DNA from: Pseudomonas phage BUCT566
Direction: 5' to 3' (one strand)
Sequence record: MW748993.1
DNA: 49,154 nt
Part shown: positions 26,514-35,337 of the stretch, piece after piece
How positions within the stretch are numbered: the first letter of the stretch is position 1
Layout of the letters: each line of letters opens with the position of its first letter
The notes under the pieces: model-generated
The model's database searches: none
What the model saw: only the letters and a program-made list of their open reading frames with translations
What the model was told of the DNA's origin: nothing
Program-made: the position numbers and the translations under genes

Positions 26514-27502
26514 CACACCGCCTCCTTGCCGGGCGCGGCGGCGAGCAGGCGGCGCAATGCAGCAGCCACGTCCTCGTAAGTCGGGCAGTCGTCCTCGCCC
26601 CACATGCCACGGATATCGATGATTACCGCTTCGACTTGTGATGGGGCGTCGTAATACCACCCCTCCGGCACGCTGTGCTGAGCCTGGTCGTCGTGGAGTT
26701 CTTCCAGCTTCTTGTCGATGCAGGTCAGACAGACATAGCCGCCCATCCAGTCGACGCGCAGCGGGGTGTGTTTGTACTCCCCGCAGCCGGCGCAATTGGT
26801 TGCCTGGGTGCTGGCGTAAGTCCATCGGCTGCGCAGCTCCTTCTGTAGCTCGGTTACTTTCTCGCGTAGCTCCTGGATCTCCATTTCCATGCCGCCAGCA
26901 GCGTGGCGGGCAGCATCACCCTTTGCTGCTGCGTCGCATGCCATCGCCAGTTCTTTCTCCAGCTCCGCCACCCTGGCCAGGGCGGCTTCCAGCCGCTTAG
27001 CGTGTTCGTCGCGCTCGTACATCACTTTCATGCACTTTTCGAGGCTGCCGACAGGGTCGCCTTTGGACTCGCGCAGGCGCTCGACTTCGGCCAGGGCGGC
27101 GTCGCGCTGTTGCTCCACGCGATTGAACATTTCTGCCCAACGGGCGACGCTGGCTGCATGCTGCGCGACAGTCATCAGTTCATCGTTTGCATTGAGCGGA
27201 CCGCACTGACCGAGGACGACAGGATTCGAATGCACGACGCGAGCCACCACCTCCGGCCGCTCCGCCTCTGCCTGCTCGGCCTGTGCCGGGGAGGGTTGCG
27301 CCAGGGCGGCGCGGTCTTGCCCAGCCTGGTATGCGTCGCGCAGAAGCTCATGCAAAGACACAAGCGCGCCATTGCGTTCCAGCTTGAACAGAGAAATATC
27401 GCTGCCTTGGCATAGATGCTGTTCAGCAATCCAGAGATTGCACGCCGCGCGCTCATCCCCGCCTGCCTGCTCTACCGATTCCTTGTTCAGTTCAATGCTC
27501 AT
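26513..27502 (-). CDS. hypothetical protein with coiled coil and C-terminal zinc ribbon
   Basis: 330 aa; GGGAGG RBS; CAGCGEYKHTPLRVDWMGGYVCLTC; N-terminal domain duplicated in 22868-23083. Confidence 0.5.
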   Translation of the reverse strand: MSIELNKESVEQAGGDERAACNLWIAEQHLCQGSDISLFKLERNGALVSLHELLRDAYQAGQDRAALAQPSPAQAEQAEAERPEVVARVVHSNPVVLGQCGPLNANDELMTVAQHAASVARWAEMFNRVEQQRDAALAEVERLRESKGDPVGSLEKCMKVMYERDEHAKRLEAALARVAELEKELAMACDAAAKGDAARHAAGGMEMEIQELREKVTELQKELRSRWTYASTQATNCAGCGEYKHTPLRVDWMGGYVCLTCIDKKLEELHDDQAQHSVPEGWYYDAPSQVEAVIIDIRGMWGEDDCPTYEDVAAALRRLLAAAPGKEAV

Positions 27503-27723
27503 TTCACTGCCTCCCACACCTCGGCATTGCCGAGCGCTTCGATTGATGTGTACGTGCTGTGCCCGCTGGCTTCTTGAAGCTCAACTGATCCGTCGGCTTC
27601 GAGAACAGCGATGTATCTGCGATTAGTCGGTTTGTGCCGGAAGACCTTTCCGACGACGCACTGCGCGTTGATATGTCGGACCTGGTAGCTGTCGGCGAAA
27701 CAGCCGTGTTCGTGCATGCTCAT
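27499..27723 (-). CDS. hypothetical protein
   Basis: 74 aa, ATGA-coupled. Confidence 0.45.
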   Translation of the reverse strand: MSMHEHGCFADSYQVRHINAQCVVGKVFRHKPTNRRYIAVLEADGSVELQEASGHSTYTSIEALGNAEVWEAVK

Positions 27724-27905
27724 GCTGCTACCCTCGGGGCTATGCCCATGTCTCTGTCGTTATGTCCTGCGAGCCATAACGAACGCTCATAGAGCATGTG
27801 CAGTCCGTAGGGGCAGGCCTGTAGACGTTCTCCACGGTCGCGTGCGTCGACGCCCTCGCGGTATTCGTCTGCCGATTCGGGGAACTCAAGCCGCTTGCTT
27901 TGCAT
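27720..27905 (-). CDS. hypothetical protein
   Basis: 61 aa from ATG 27905 (GGAGG upstream). Confidence 0.4.
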   Translation of the reverse strand: MQSKRLEFPESADEYREGVDARDRGERLQACPYGLHMLYERSLWLAGHNDRDMGIAPRVAA

Positions 27906-28485
27906 TTGCTGCTCGCCTCCGCGCGTTTTCACAGGCCTTGCATTCGCTGCAATGGCCGTCCTTCTTGCTCGGGTTCGAGTAGTACTCAGATAGAGGTTTG
28001 AGCGTCTTGCACTTCGAGCATGGTTTCTCGCCGTTTATGAGCGTCGATTTCCCATGTCCGGATGCCCTCCACTTGTCGAACTCGGTGCGGGTGGAGAAAT
28101 AGGTGCGAAGGAGACGCTGTACGGTGTGATCGCTTATCCCCATGGCAGGGCCTATCTCCCATCGACCGCAATCGAGGATCACTAGGTCTTCGAGCATCTG
28201 GCAGTATTCGATATCCTTTGCCGTGCGCTTGGCCTGAACACGCTTCTGCTGCTCTCGCTCCATCCCGGTAGATGCTCCGGTAATGCGGCTATTGAACGTG
28301 ACCGGCTGATTTGAAGAGACGCCCGCAGGGATGTTCGTGATAACCCCTCCCGCTGCCAGGTACTCAGCAACGGCGTTTTGAATGTCATCGTGAGTCAGCG
28401 CATGGGCAACCGGCTCTTGCACGCCGCACCACGCATCAGCGCCGATTCTCAGGTCGCTTAAAATCTCGGGAATGTCGGTTTCCAT
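27886..28485 (-). CDS. DNA-binding protein with HTH and C-terminal CxxC..CxxC zinc ribbon
   Basis: MGISDHTVQRLLRTY HTH-like segment; CSKCK...CSECKAC; GGAG RBS. Confidence 0.45.
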   Translation of the reverse strand: METDIPEILSDLRIGADAWCGVQEPVAHALTHDDIQNAVAEYLAAGGVITNIPAGVSSNQPVTFNSRITGASTGMEREQQKRVQAKRTAKDIEYCQMLEDLVILDCGRWEIGPAMGISDHTVQRLLRTYFSTRTEFDKWRASGHGKSTLINGEKPCSKCKTLKPLSEYYSNPSKKDGHCSECKACENARRRAANAKQAA

Positions 28486-28500
28486 GGCTTTCTCCGGGCA

Positions 28501-28523
28501 AAATAAAAGGCCCTGTTGAGGGC
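28501..28523 (-). terminator. intrinsic terminator downstream of ssb
   Basis: minus strand GCCCT-caac-AGGGC followed by CTTTTATTTT. Confidence 0.4.
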
Positions 28524-28548
28524 ATTTAATTTCGCGTAACTTGTTGAT

Positions 28549-28998
28549 TTAGAACGGGATATCTTCGTCGAATTCGTTATGAGCGCCACGCTGCTGCGGT
28601 GCGCTCTGCTGCTGAGGAGATTGCCTGCTCTGAGCCGCCTGGTCATTTACAGACTTTCCGCCAAGCATCTGCATCTGTCCGTGCATGTCGACGATTACCT
28701 CGGTGGTGTAGCGATCCTGACCGTCCTGGCCCTGCCACTTGCGGGTGCGCAGGCTGCCTTCGACGTAGACCTGGGAACCCTTGCGCAGGTACTCGCCGGC
28801 GATCTCCGCCAGGCGACCGAAGAACACCACGCGGTGGAACTCGGCGCGTTCCTGTTGCTGTCCTGTTTGCTTGTCTTTCCAGGTTTCGTTGGTAACGACC
28901 GTGACGTTGGTTACGGCGTTACCATTCGGTAGAAATCGCGCTTCCGGCTCGCCTGCGCAGTTCCCAATGATGATGGCCTTATTGATGCCTCTACTCAT
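28549..28998 (-). CDS. ssb: single-stranded DNA-binding protein
   Basis: OB-fold core, Gln/Pro-rich linker, acidic C-terminal DEDIPF tail; GGAGG RBS. Confidence 0.8.
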   Translation of the reverse strand: MSRGINKAIIIGNCAGEPEARFLPNGNAVTNVTVVTNETWKDKQTGQQQERAEFHRVVFFGRLAEIAGEYLRKGSQVYVEGSLRTRKWQGQDGQDRYTTEVIVDMHGQMQMLGGKSVNDQAAQSRQSPQQQSAPQQRGAHNEFDEDIPF

Positions 28999-29501
28999 GC
29001 GACATGCCTCCAAGTCTTATTGCGTAGGACGCTGCCGATGGCAGCCTGAGAAACGCCATACTTTTCCGCCAGTTCATACTGATTCCCATCTCCTGCTGCG
29101 TAAGCGCGGCGGATCTCAGTGACCTGTTGTTCGGTCAGCTTTGCGTTGGTGTTTCGAGTTCCGATGGCTCGGTTCTTAGTGAACCCAGATCGGCCCTTGA
29201 TTAGCATGTCGATGTAGTTGCTATCGACAGTCCCCAACATCAGGTGGGATGGATTGCAGCAGCTTGGGTTATCGCAGGTATGGCATACCTGCATGCTCGC
29301 CGGGAAGTCACCGTGAGCAAGCCAGAATGCAATGCGGTGAGCACCAAGACTCTCCTTGTTAACTGTGCAATTTCCATAACCCTTTGGCTTTCTCGCTCCC
29401 TGCCATTCCCAACAGTCTGTTTTCAGCCATGTGATAGCTACCTTCGACCAGAAGGCAGAGCGTTGGGCATCATCCATCTCCAGCGTGAATGTCTCTCTCA
29501 T
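28995..29501 (-). CDS. HNH endonuclease (HNH_3-type) with C-terminal HTH
   Basis: CWEWQG...GYG...AHR..F and [14 protein letters not shown] motifs; GGGAGGA RBS. Confidence 0.7.
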   Translation of the reverse strand: MRETFTLEMDDAQRSAFWSKVAITWLKTDCWEWQGARKPKGYGNCTVNKESLGAHRIAFWLAHGDFPASMQVCHTCDNPSCCNPSHLMLGTVDSNYIDMLIKGRSGFTKNRAIGTRNTNAKLTEQQVTEIRRAYAAGDGNQYELAEKYGVSQAAIGSVLRNKTWRHVA

Positions 29502-30118
29502 GCCGCCATCCTCCCGCGCATGTCGGCTTCCAGTTCGGCCAACTCTTCCAGGAACGCTTTAACTTCGGACTCCATCTCGCGAATGCGTTCCTCGTCGCGG
29601 TGGTAGCGGAAGCACACGTACTGCAATTCATCAGGCAGACGGTCGTCGAAGCTCACGAAGTCGACCCACTCGCGGCCGCTGCATGACATTTGGGCGAGCA
29701 TCTGCCACTCGTACTGTGGGTCGTGCTTGCCCGACTGCATCGTGTAGATGTGGGTTGCGGTAGACGGGCATTTAATCTCGACGAGCCCATGCTCCCCCGC
29801 GAGGCCATCTGGCGACGCGCCAAATCCATCGATTCTCGGATGGATGATCAGGCCTGTTTCGATCGTCATTACGCCTGCATTGAACTCGTAGGCCGAGCGG
29901 GCAATCGGCTCCAGGTCGGTACCACGCTGCATTGCGGCGCTGGTGAATCCTTCCTCGCGCTTGCCGGTCAGGCGCTCGCACAGGAGCTGCATCATGTAGT
30001 TCTGGCGGGTAGCAGAAGGGGCGCCACTGCGCCCCTTTGCCATCACATCCTTGACCTTGCTGGCCGTCACCCGCCCCAGGCGCTGTGCGAACCATTCATC
30101 ACTACGCTGCTCGATCAT
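29498..30118 (-). CDS. YqaJ-like viral recombinase exonuclease
   Basis: MIEQRSDEWFAQRLGRVTASK N-terminal signature; paired with RecT upstream; ORF-track start is spurious extension. Confidence 0.7.
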   Translation of the reverse strand: MIEQRSDEWFAQRLGRVTASKVKDVMAKGRSGAPSATRQNYMMQLLCERLTGKREEGFTSAAMQRGTDLEPIARSAYEFNAGVMTIETGLIIHPRIDGFGASPDGLAGEHGLVEIKCPSTATHIYTMQSGKHDPQYEWQMLAQMSCSGREWVDFVSFDDRLPDELQYVCFRYHRDEERIREMESEVKAFLEELAELEADMRGRMAA

Positions 30119-30848
30119 CGCCGGTCTCCTCGAATTCAACGTCGATAGGGGCGTCCAGCAGTTCTTTCTTCCGCTGGTCCTTGGCCGCCGTAAGCTGGTC
30201 GCGCGCGCCCTTTGTCTTGTAGGCTTTCCAGGCATTGCTGAATGCTGACTGCAAGTCTTCCATTGTTGGGGAGTCCTTGATGAGGCAGACCGCCTCGCTG
30301 ACGTCCTCGTACTGTTCTGCGGGAGTGACGTCTCGTTCAACGATCCGCTCGGCCTCGTCCTGGTCGTATATGCCGGCGAACCCGAACGCGAGGCGTGCGC
30401 ACTGGATCATTGCCTTGTGGCGAAGCATCCGGCGCGGATGGGACTGCCAAGGCTGGGTGTTCCGCTTGCACTCGGCCATGTACTCAGTCGCGCTGATGGC
30501 ATGGCTGCGGTCCTTCCGATAGATCTTGCATGTGCATTCGGTTCCCTGCTGGTCCATTGAGAATTCCATGCCATCGAACTGTGGGTTCTCGTTGATGATC
30601 CGAGCCCAGCCATCCACACCAACAACCGGCACGATGCCGTTGTTCTTGTCGGGGAATGCGTACAACTCCTTGGTGAAGGGGTTCAGCTTGTACTGGTCGG
30701 CTACGATCAGCAGCGCGACCATCTGGGCATCATTGACCTGACCTTTGAAACAGGTCTGCTTGAGAGTGCTAGCCACCTCTTCGGGCGTTGTGCCCATCTC
30801 GTATCGGGTGGCGAACTTGTTCAGAAGAGGTGCTAGTGCAGTGGACAT
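30102..30848 (-). CDS. recT: RecT-family single-strand annealing recombinase
   Basis: 248 aa, NPFTKELYAFPDKN..IVPVVGVDGW core; upstream of YqaJ exonuclease. Confidence 0.7.
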   Translation of the reverse strand: MSTALAPLLNKFATRYEMGTTPEEVASTLKQTCFKGQVNDAQMVALLIVADQYKLNPFTKELYAFPDKNNGIVPVVGVDGWARIINENPQFDGMEFSMDQQGTECTCKIYRKDRSHAISATEYMAECKRNTQPWQSHPRRMLRHKAMIQCARLAFGFAGIYDQDEAERIVERDVTPAEQYEDVSEAVCLIKDSPTMEDLQSAFSNAWKAYKTKGARDQLTAAKDQRKKELLDAPIDVEFEETGDDRAA

Positions 30849-30883
30849 GTTGATACCTCGCCGCGCATGCGCAGCCAGTTAAG

Positions 30884-30891
30884 GGGGGGGT
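30884..30891. repeat. G8/C8 homopolymer tract in recT leader
   Basis: gggggggg between stop of 30891 gene and recT start. Confidence 0.9.
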
Positions 30892-31163
30892 TAGGCGGTG
30901 GCCTTTGCGATTGCGGCGGATGCATTCGCAACCTGCTGGATTTCCGCTTTCAGCGGACTAATCAGCGGCAGAAGATTTACCAGCGCATCCAGAAGCTCCG
31001 GCGCCGCAGCTATCAGGCGGGCGTTGGCTTCACACTCGCTATCCGTACGCTGCGTTGCCATCACCCCTTCAAAGGAGTTGGCAAGGCGCTGACCGTGCTT
31101 GTCGTAGATCGTGCATTTGTTGGGGCCGCCAACATGCCAAGGCCCCGGCGTGTGCTTGCTCAT
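30891..31163 (-). CDS. Ea22-like small protein (TPGPW motif)
   Basis: MSKHTPGPWHVGGPN N-terminus. Confidence 0.5.
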   Translation of the reverse strand: MSKHTPGPWHVGGPNKCTIYDKHGQRLANSFEGVMATQRTDSECEANARLIAAAPELLDALVNLLPLISPLKAEIQQVANASAAIAKATA

Positions 31164-31193
31164 ATCTTTCTCCAGTTAGAAGGGGAAAGGCGC

Positions 31194-31331
31194 TTACCGG
31201 CCTGCTGCGGACAGGTGCGTAGCTTCTGCGGTGATGATGCCGCCCCAGATCGGGCCGGCTGCCAGGATGAAGAGGTACAGCAGGCCTCCGAAGAGGCTGC
31301 CTAGCCAGATTGCTGTGCGTCTGGTGTTCAT
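31194..31331 (-). CDS. small membrane peptide (45 aa)
   Basis: GGAGG RBS; ATGA-coupled to upstream peptide; hydrophobic core. Confidence 0.3.
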   Translation of the reverse strand: MNTRRTAIWLGSLFGGLLYLFILAAGPIWGGIITAEATHLSAAGR

Positions 31332-31441
31332 AGCCCTGCCACCTCCACAAACGCCACGGCGAACATGAACACGCTGCCCACAAAAAAGCCGCCGAAGATC
31401 AGGACTTGGGCGGCCTCTTTCAGGTCTATGATGATGGTCAT
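31328..31441 (-). CDS. small membrane peptide (37 aa)
   Basis: ATGA-coupled to 31438-31728 gene; FGGFFVGSVFMFAVAFV. Confidence 0.3.
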   Translation of the reverse strand: MTIIIDLKEAAQVLIFGGFFVGSVFMFAVAFVEVAGL

Positions 31442-31728
31442 GGCGTGCGCTCCATGGCGGCGTCGATGGCTTTATCTGCCTCTTCTAATCTCAGCCCTTC
31501 GCCCTCGTTTACTGAGTCGTCGCCATTTCGTTGCCAATGGCAGATATCAATGCGAGGCGCGCAGAAGTCATTCGGCTGCGAACGAAGCCACCGATACCGC
31601 TTAGCATCAGCCTCAGCAGCGATAAGTCGCTCAGCCAATTCATACAGCGCAGAGATGGGGCACGGAATCGAATCTATGCAGCCATCTGCCAACTCCGCCA
31701 ACTGCTCATCACTGATAGGGGTTGTCAT
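31438..31728 (-). CDS. hypothetical protein
   Basis: 96 aa from MTTPISDEQLAELADG; ORF-track N-terminal extension is Arg-rich junk. Confidence 0.4.
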   Translation of the reverse strand: MTTPISDEQLAELADGCIDSIPCPISALYELAERLIAAEADAKRYRWLRSQPNDFCAPRIDICHWQRNGDDSVNEGEGLRLEEADKAIDAAMERTP

Positions 31729-32261
31729 TTCCCTTCCTCCTGGCGGCGGTAGCCGGCGTCGTAGAGCGCGGACAACTTGGCGTAGACAGTCGGTCCTGCG
31801 CCGTCGGTGATGGTCTGCATGTCGCTGATGCCTGCCTCCCGCTCCTCGGCGGCGATCTGCTCGGGGGTGCGGAGCGGGCGGAACTCGCAATTATCTATCC
31901 GCTGAACGACAGGCCAGCACCCCGGCTTCTGCATACAGATGAATAGTCCATCGTCTGTATAGGCGACCACATTGCTTTCTGTATAAACCCAGCCATCAGG
32001 CCCATCGCTGTTCGGTCCGTGCCACTCGCACAGCGTGCCCACCGGCGGCAGGCCCTGGCCGTTCCAGGACTCTTGCGGTCTCGCTTCGAATGTCCCCATT
32101 CTCTGTTCTGAGATAAAGAGAGAGGGACTCCACCTTCCTACATCTCCTTCCCACCAGAACCAGGAGTCACCCTCTTTCTTCATCCAACTTCCGAAGACGT
32201 GATAGCTATCTGGCTCCCAGTGCGTTGCATCTTTTGGTGCCGTGCTCCAGTCAATGCTCAT
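31725..32261 (-). CDS. hypothetical protein (Trp-rich)
   Basis: 178-aa ORF, coupled neighbours. Confidence 0.5.
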   Translation of the reverse strand: MSIDWSTAPKDATHWEPDSYHVFGSWMKKEGDSWFWWEGDVGRWSPSLFISEQRMGTFEARPQESWNGQGLPPVGTLCEWHGPNSDGPDGWVYTESNVVAYTDDGLFICMQKPGCWPVVQRIDNCEFRPLRTPEQIAAEEREAGISDMQTITDGAGPTVYAKLSALYDAGYRRQEEGK

Positions 32262-32677
32262 GCTGCATCCTCCATGTTCTGCTCTGCGATCATTTCCAGC
32301 ACTAGATCTGCGTGCGGTTTCAGGAGTCCGAGCGCGATGCGTTCAGTGATTCCCTGGTGATGCTCAAGGTTTGCCGCGCACTCGCGGGCGGTAGAGGTGA
32401 ACTCGTCTTCGGCGGCCTGGAACATCTGCGCGAGCCAGCATTCTTCGTCGGCCTGGATGAGTTTCAGCAGTTCGGCCTGTACCCGTTCGGTCAGAGTGCT
32501 GGCGAAGACCACTACGTGCTCGCGCATGGTTTCGATCTTCACGTCCATGCCGCACCGCAGATCGTTGACTGCGTGTTCTGCCCAGTCGCAGAACTCATCG
32601 GAGTTAGCGGCGGGAGGGGTGTCGTCAGGAGTCGCGTCGTCATGTAGCGACTGTGCGCATTGAAATGCGGTGTTCAT
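32258..32677 (-). CDS. hypothetical protein
   Basis: 139-aa ORF. Confidence 0.5.
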   Translation of the reverse strand: MNTAFQCAQSLHDDATPDDTPPAANSDEFCDWAEHAVNDLRCGMDVKIETMREHVVVFASTLTERVQAELLKLIQADEECWLAQMFQAAEDEFTSTARECAANLEHHQGITERIALGLLKPHADLVLEMIAEQNMEDAA

Positions 32678-32736
32678 GTCTCACCTCGCGTTCGCGTGCA
32701 TGCGGCAGCGTCCTGTCTCGCTGTCGTCATACAGGC

Positions 32737-32761
32737 GAAAAAATGCCCGGACTTGCCGGGC
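32737..32761 (-). terminator. intrinsic terminator within early-left operon
   Basis: minus strand GCCCGG-caagt-CCGGGC followed by ATTTTTTCGCC. Confidence 0.45.
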
Positions 32762-32776
32762 TAAGAGGGGTAGGGT

Positions 32777-32974
32777 ATGAAAGTGATCTGCGCTGCCGGC
32801 TCTACTTGAGCTACCTCCACCATCTGCGGTGGCGCGCTAAGCATCAGCACTACTACTACGTCAGCGGCGTGCACACCGCTTATGCCTCGTTCGTGCCTAC
32901 GCAACCCTTCACGCCCTCGCGATGGGCCGTTTACGGGTTCACAGATGCGCTACAGCAGCGCAGATCACTATCAT
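32777..32974. repeat. 198-bp element with 20-bp terminal inverted repeats flanked by GGTAGGGT direct repeats (MITE-like)
   Basis: ATGAAAGTGATCTGCGCTGC at 32777-96 and reverse complement (1 mismatch) at 32955-74; GGTAGGGT at 32769-76 and 32976-83; no ORF >60 aa. Confidence 0.4.
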
Positions 32975-33145
32975 TGGTAGGGTGGGGATGGCCTGGATGC
33001 CAGCCAGGCAAGCGGTCGGAAAACGTCGACAGTGGCGTCATCAGTGGAGAATCGCCTAAAGACACCGACTCGCCGCTATTCGTACGCCCGCCTTGGCAGG
33101 CCCGCTTACTTCATCCCCATTGAAGGGTGGCGTCCTTGCCGGGAG

Positions 33146-33385
33146 TCAGTCTTTGCTCTTCTCGCGCACAACAATCTCGTGTGTAGCCAGACAGTCTCTA
33201 CAGAGAGCAGCCATGTCGCCGCAGTAGTCGAGCTTGCAGTTGGTGCCGAGCATCATTTCTTCAGCCTGGATGGGATGCCCCCACGAGTCGTTTCCGTTCT
33301 TGTCTGGCCACTCGTAGTTCAGGTTCGCGTCGTAGAAGCACTTGCTGCCGCAGACATCGCACGAGTAGTAGTCACCAGCTGCCAT
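33146..33385 (-). CDS. small Cys-rich protein
   Basis: 79 aa, CDVCGSKC...C..C..C; GGAGGCGAGAT RBS. Confidence 0.45.
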   Translation of the reverse strand: MAAGDYYSCDVCGSKCFYDANLNYEWPDKNGNDSWGHPIQAEEMMLGTNCKLDYCGDMAALCRDCLATHEIVVREKSKD

Positions 33386-33420
33386 ATCTCGCCTCCAGTG
33401 TGTGTATGCGCAAGGGCGCG

Positions 33421-33747
33421 TTAGGCGGTTCCGCCAGCGGATTTAATTGCAGCACGTACAGCCTCTTCCAGTTCTTTCGGGCATGAAGCTGAGATGTAGA
33501 CAGTGGTCTGCTTCTTGCGCCACCGTTTGAAAACGGTCAGTAGGCTTTCGCCATCGTCATTCGCATCGCAGAAATATCCGTCTTCGATAACAACCTGGTC
33601 CGCATCATTCAAAGCTTCGATGTCTTCGCTATCTGCATCTTGGCCGTTCACTTTCAGGTACAAACCATCGACATAGGAGTCAGCTGGCCAGACAGAATCG
33701 TCTTTCCAGAAGGACTTCAGTTCAATCCCGGTAGTCTTGATGCTCAT
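33421..33747 (-). CDS. hypothetical acidic protein
   Basis: 108-aa ORF. Confidence 0.45.
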   Translation of the reverse strand: MSIKTTGIELKSFWKDDSVWPADSYVDGLYLKVNGQDADSEDIEALNDADQVVIEDGYFCDANDDGESLLTVFKRWRKKQTTVYISASCPKELEEAVRAAIKSAGGTA

Positions 33748-33763
33748 TCTGTTCTCCTGCCTG

Positions 33764-33868
33764 TCAGGCGTCTTGCTGTTGAATAGGACGACGCTTCAGA
33801 CGGATCGGCAAAAACATCGTCAGAAGCAGAAATCCCCACATTGCTGCGAACTCGCCAAGTGATGGCAT
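33764..33868 (-). CDS. small membrane peptide (34 aa)
   Basis: GAGAGGAA RBS; MWGFLLLTMFLPI hydrophobic core. Confidence 0.3.
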   Translation of the reverse strand: MPSLGEFAAMWGFLLLTMFLPIRLKRRPIQQQDA

Positions 33869-33914
33869 GGATTCCTCTCTTGCCGTATCAGGGCAAATGG
33901 ATTGCATTCCGCTG

Positions 33915-34178
33915 CTAGCCAAGGCTTGCAGGGACGACTTTCATCGCTTTAGCGACAATCGAGTGAACTCCTTGTGAGTCCACCGTGGCGAACCCCTTTT
34001 CGGCGTGGTCCCACTGCTCATCCTCGTCTCCGGGGAAGTTGCTGCACGCCACTGAACAGACGCCAAGCCCGTCGGGCTTGAAGTAGAGGCGCACCTCCGG
34101 GCCGTCATCCCCGCGATCAAGCATCACGAGCACCTGGCCCAGGTCTTCGAACTCGAAGAGCTTCGCGAAATCGTTCAT
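33915..34178 (-). CDS. hypothetical protein
   Basis: 87 aa; preceded by hairpin+RBS repeat copy A. Confidence 0.45.
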   Translation of the reverse strand: MNDFAKLFEFEDLGQVLVMLDRGDDGPEVRLYFKPDGLGVCSVACSNFPGDEDEQWDHAEKGFATVDSQGVHSIVAKAMKVVPASLG

Positions 34179-34193
34179 GTCCTTTCCTCGGTG

Positions 34194-34212
34194 ATGCCCT
34201 GCTACCGGCAGG
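34194..34212 (-). repeat. intergenic hairpin+RBS repeat, copy A (variant stem)
   Basis: GCCCTGC-CGGTA-GCAGGGC then ATCACCGAGGAAAGGAC-ATG on coding strand. Confidence 0.6.
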
Positions 34213-34220
34213 GCGGCGGG

Positions 34221-34505
34221 TTAAGCTGCGAGCTTCTTGGCTTTCTTTAAGGCGCGCTCGAAACTCTCGAAGTAGTAGGTCTTTTCCGGCTTGAATACGT
34301 CTCCGACGTACAGCATCGTTGCTGCGGGATCGCGCTCAAGCACGCGGCCTCCAACGAATCCGCGCGGGCGGCAGTCGGCTATCAGGATTCCATCCTTTGG
34401 CAGATGCTCACCGAATCCAAGCACGGTAACTCCCGCGGCGCGGCATGCTTCAATGCGTTCCTTCTTGAGAGCAAGAAGCCCATCGTTTCTTGTGTAGAGT
34501 TTCAT
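34221..34505 (-). CDS. hypothetical protein
   Basis: 94 aa; preceded by hairpin+RBS repeat copy B. Confidence 0.45.
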   Translation of the reverse strand: MKLYTRNDGLLALKKERIEACRAAGVTVLGFGEHLPKDGILIADCRPRGFVGGRVLERDPAATMLYVGDVFKPEKTYYFESFERALKKAKKLAA

Positions 34506-34522
34506 GTCCTTTCCTCGGTGAT

Positions 34523-34540
34523 GCCCCGGCGAACCGGGGC
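34523..34540 (-). repeat. intergenic hairpin+RBS repeat, copy B
   Basis: GCCCCGG-TTCG-CCGGGGC then ATCACCGAGGAAAGGAC-ATG. Confidence 0.6.
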
Positions 34541-34547
34541 GGGGTGA

Positions 34548-35333
34548 TCAGTCGTACAGGCCGTAGCTCAGGTCGTCTGGGTCGCAGTCGATCACCAGAA
34601 TGGCGTTGCCGAAGTACAGTGATGCCAGCATGCGCTCCCACTTCGAGTAGACCTGCATGTCGATCGCGATCTTCTTGTCATCGAGCTTGGCGCTATAGAC
34701 TTCGCCGAACTGTACCTTTGGCTTCCAGCGATCCCCGGTCTCACGCTCGCCCTCGATGCTGATGTGAATGGCGTGTTTCAGACTGTGGTTGCTTCGAGGG
34801 GAAGATGAGTAGAGGCCGCTCCGGTAACGTTCTTCCGGCTCAGGATCGAAATAGATGTGCAGCGTCTTGTGGGAGTAGCTGCCGTCACCTTCTTCAATGC
34901 GAATCTCTGGGCGCTCCCACTGGTCTTCGGCGGCGCGCTCCTTGTGGTGCTCGATGAATTCCTCGAGCAGGGCTTTGAGCGACACCTCGCCGGTCAGCAG
35001 GCCATCGCCGGTGAGCACCTCGGTGATCGACTTATCGGCTTGTTCCAAGATGACCGCACTCAGGCCAGCCGACTCCCAGCGCTGTCGAAGTGCATTTGCG
35101 ACGATGGCGTTGTATCGCTGAAGGTCGAGGATGTCGGACACGTTTGCCGGCAACGCAGCTTTGACGGCTTCCTTGATGGCGCCGCCGAAATCTCCATAGG
35201 AGCGGAACGCGTCGCTCACGACTTCCTTGAACAGCTTGTCGATGCCTTCGTCGATCAGTTCGCGCGGCCTGTCGGATGCTGCGTAAAGGGTGACTCTTTC
35301 TGCTAGCAGGTCTTGCAGGGTTTGCTGGCTCAT
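34548..35333 (-). CDS. hypothetical protein (261 aa)
   Basis: starts MSQQTLQDLLAERV 5 nt after upstream stop; ORF-track extension is translation of hairpin repeat. Confidence 0.5.
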   Translation of the reverse strand: MSQQTLQDLLAERVTLYAASDRPRELIDEGIDKLFKEVVSDAFRSYGDFGGAIKEAVKAALPANVSDILDLQRYNAIVANALRQRWESAGLSAVILEQADKSITEVLTGDGLLTGEVSLKALLEEFIEHHKERAAEDQWERPEIRIEEGDGSYSHKTLHIYFDPEPEERYRSGLYSSSPRSNHSLKHAIHISIEGERETGDRWKPKVQFGEVYSAKLDDKKIAIDMQVYSKWERMLASLYFGNAILVIDCDPDDLSYGLYD

Positions 35334-35337
35334 GTGA

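Noticed and set aside
31069-31383. Numerous 60-180 aa ORFs antisense to annotated genes (e.g. 31069-31383, 3452-4183, 26291-26641)
   Set aside because: Arg/Pro/Gly-rich, lack RBS, and lie opposite well-supported genes; expected by-product of 62% GC
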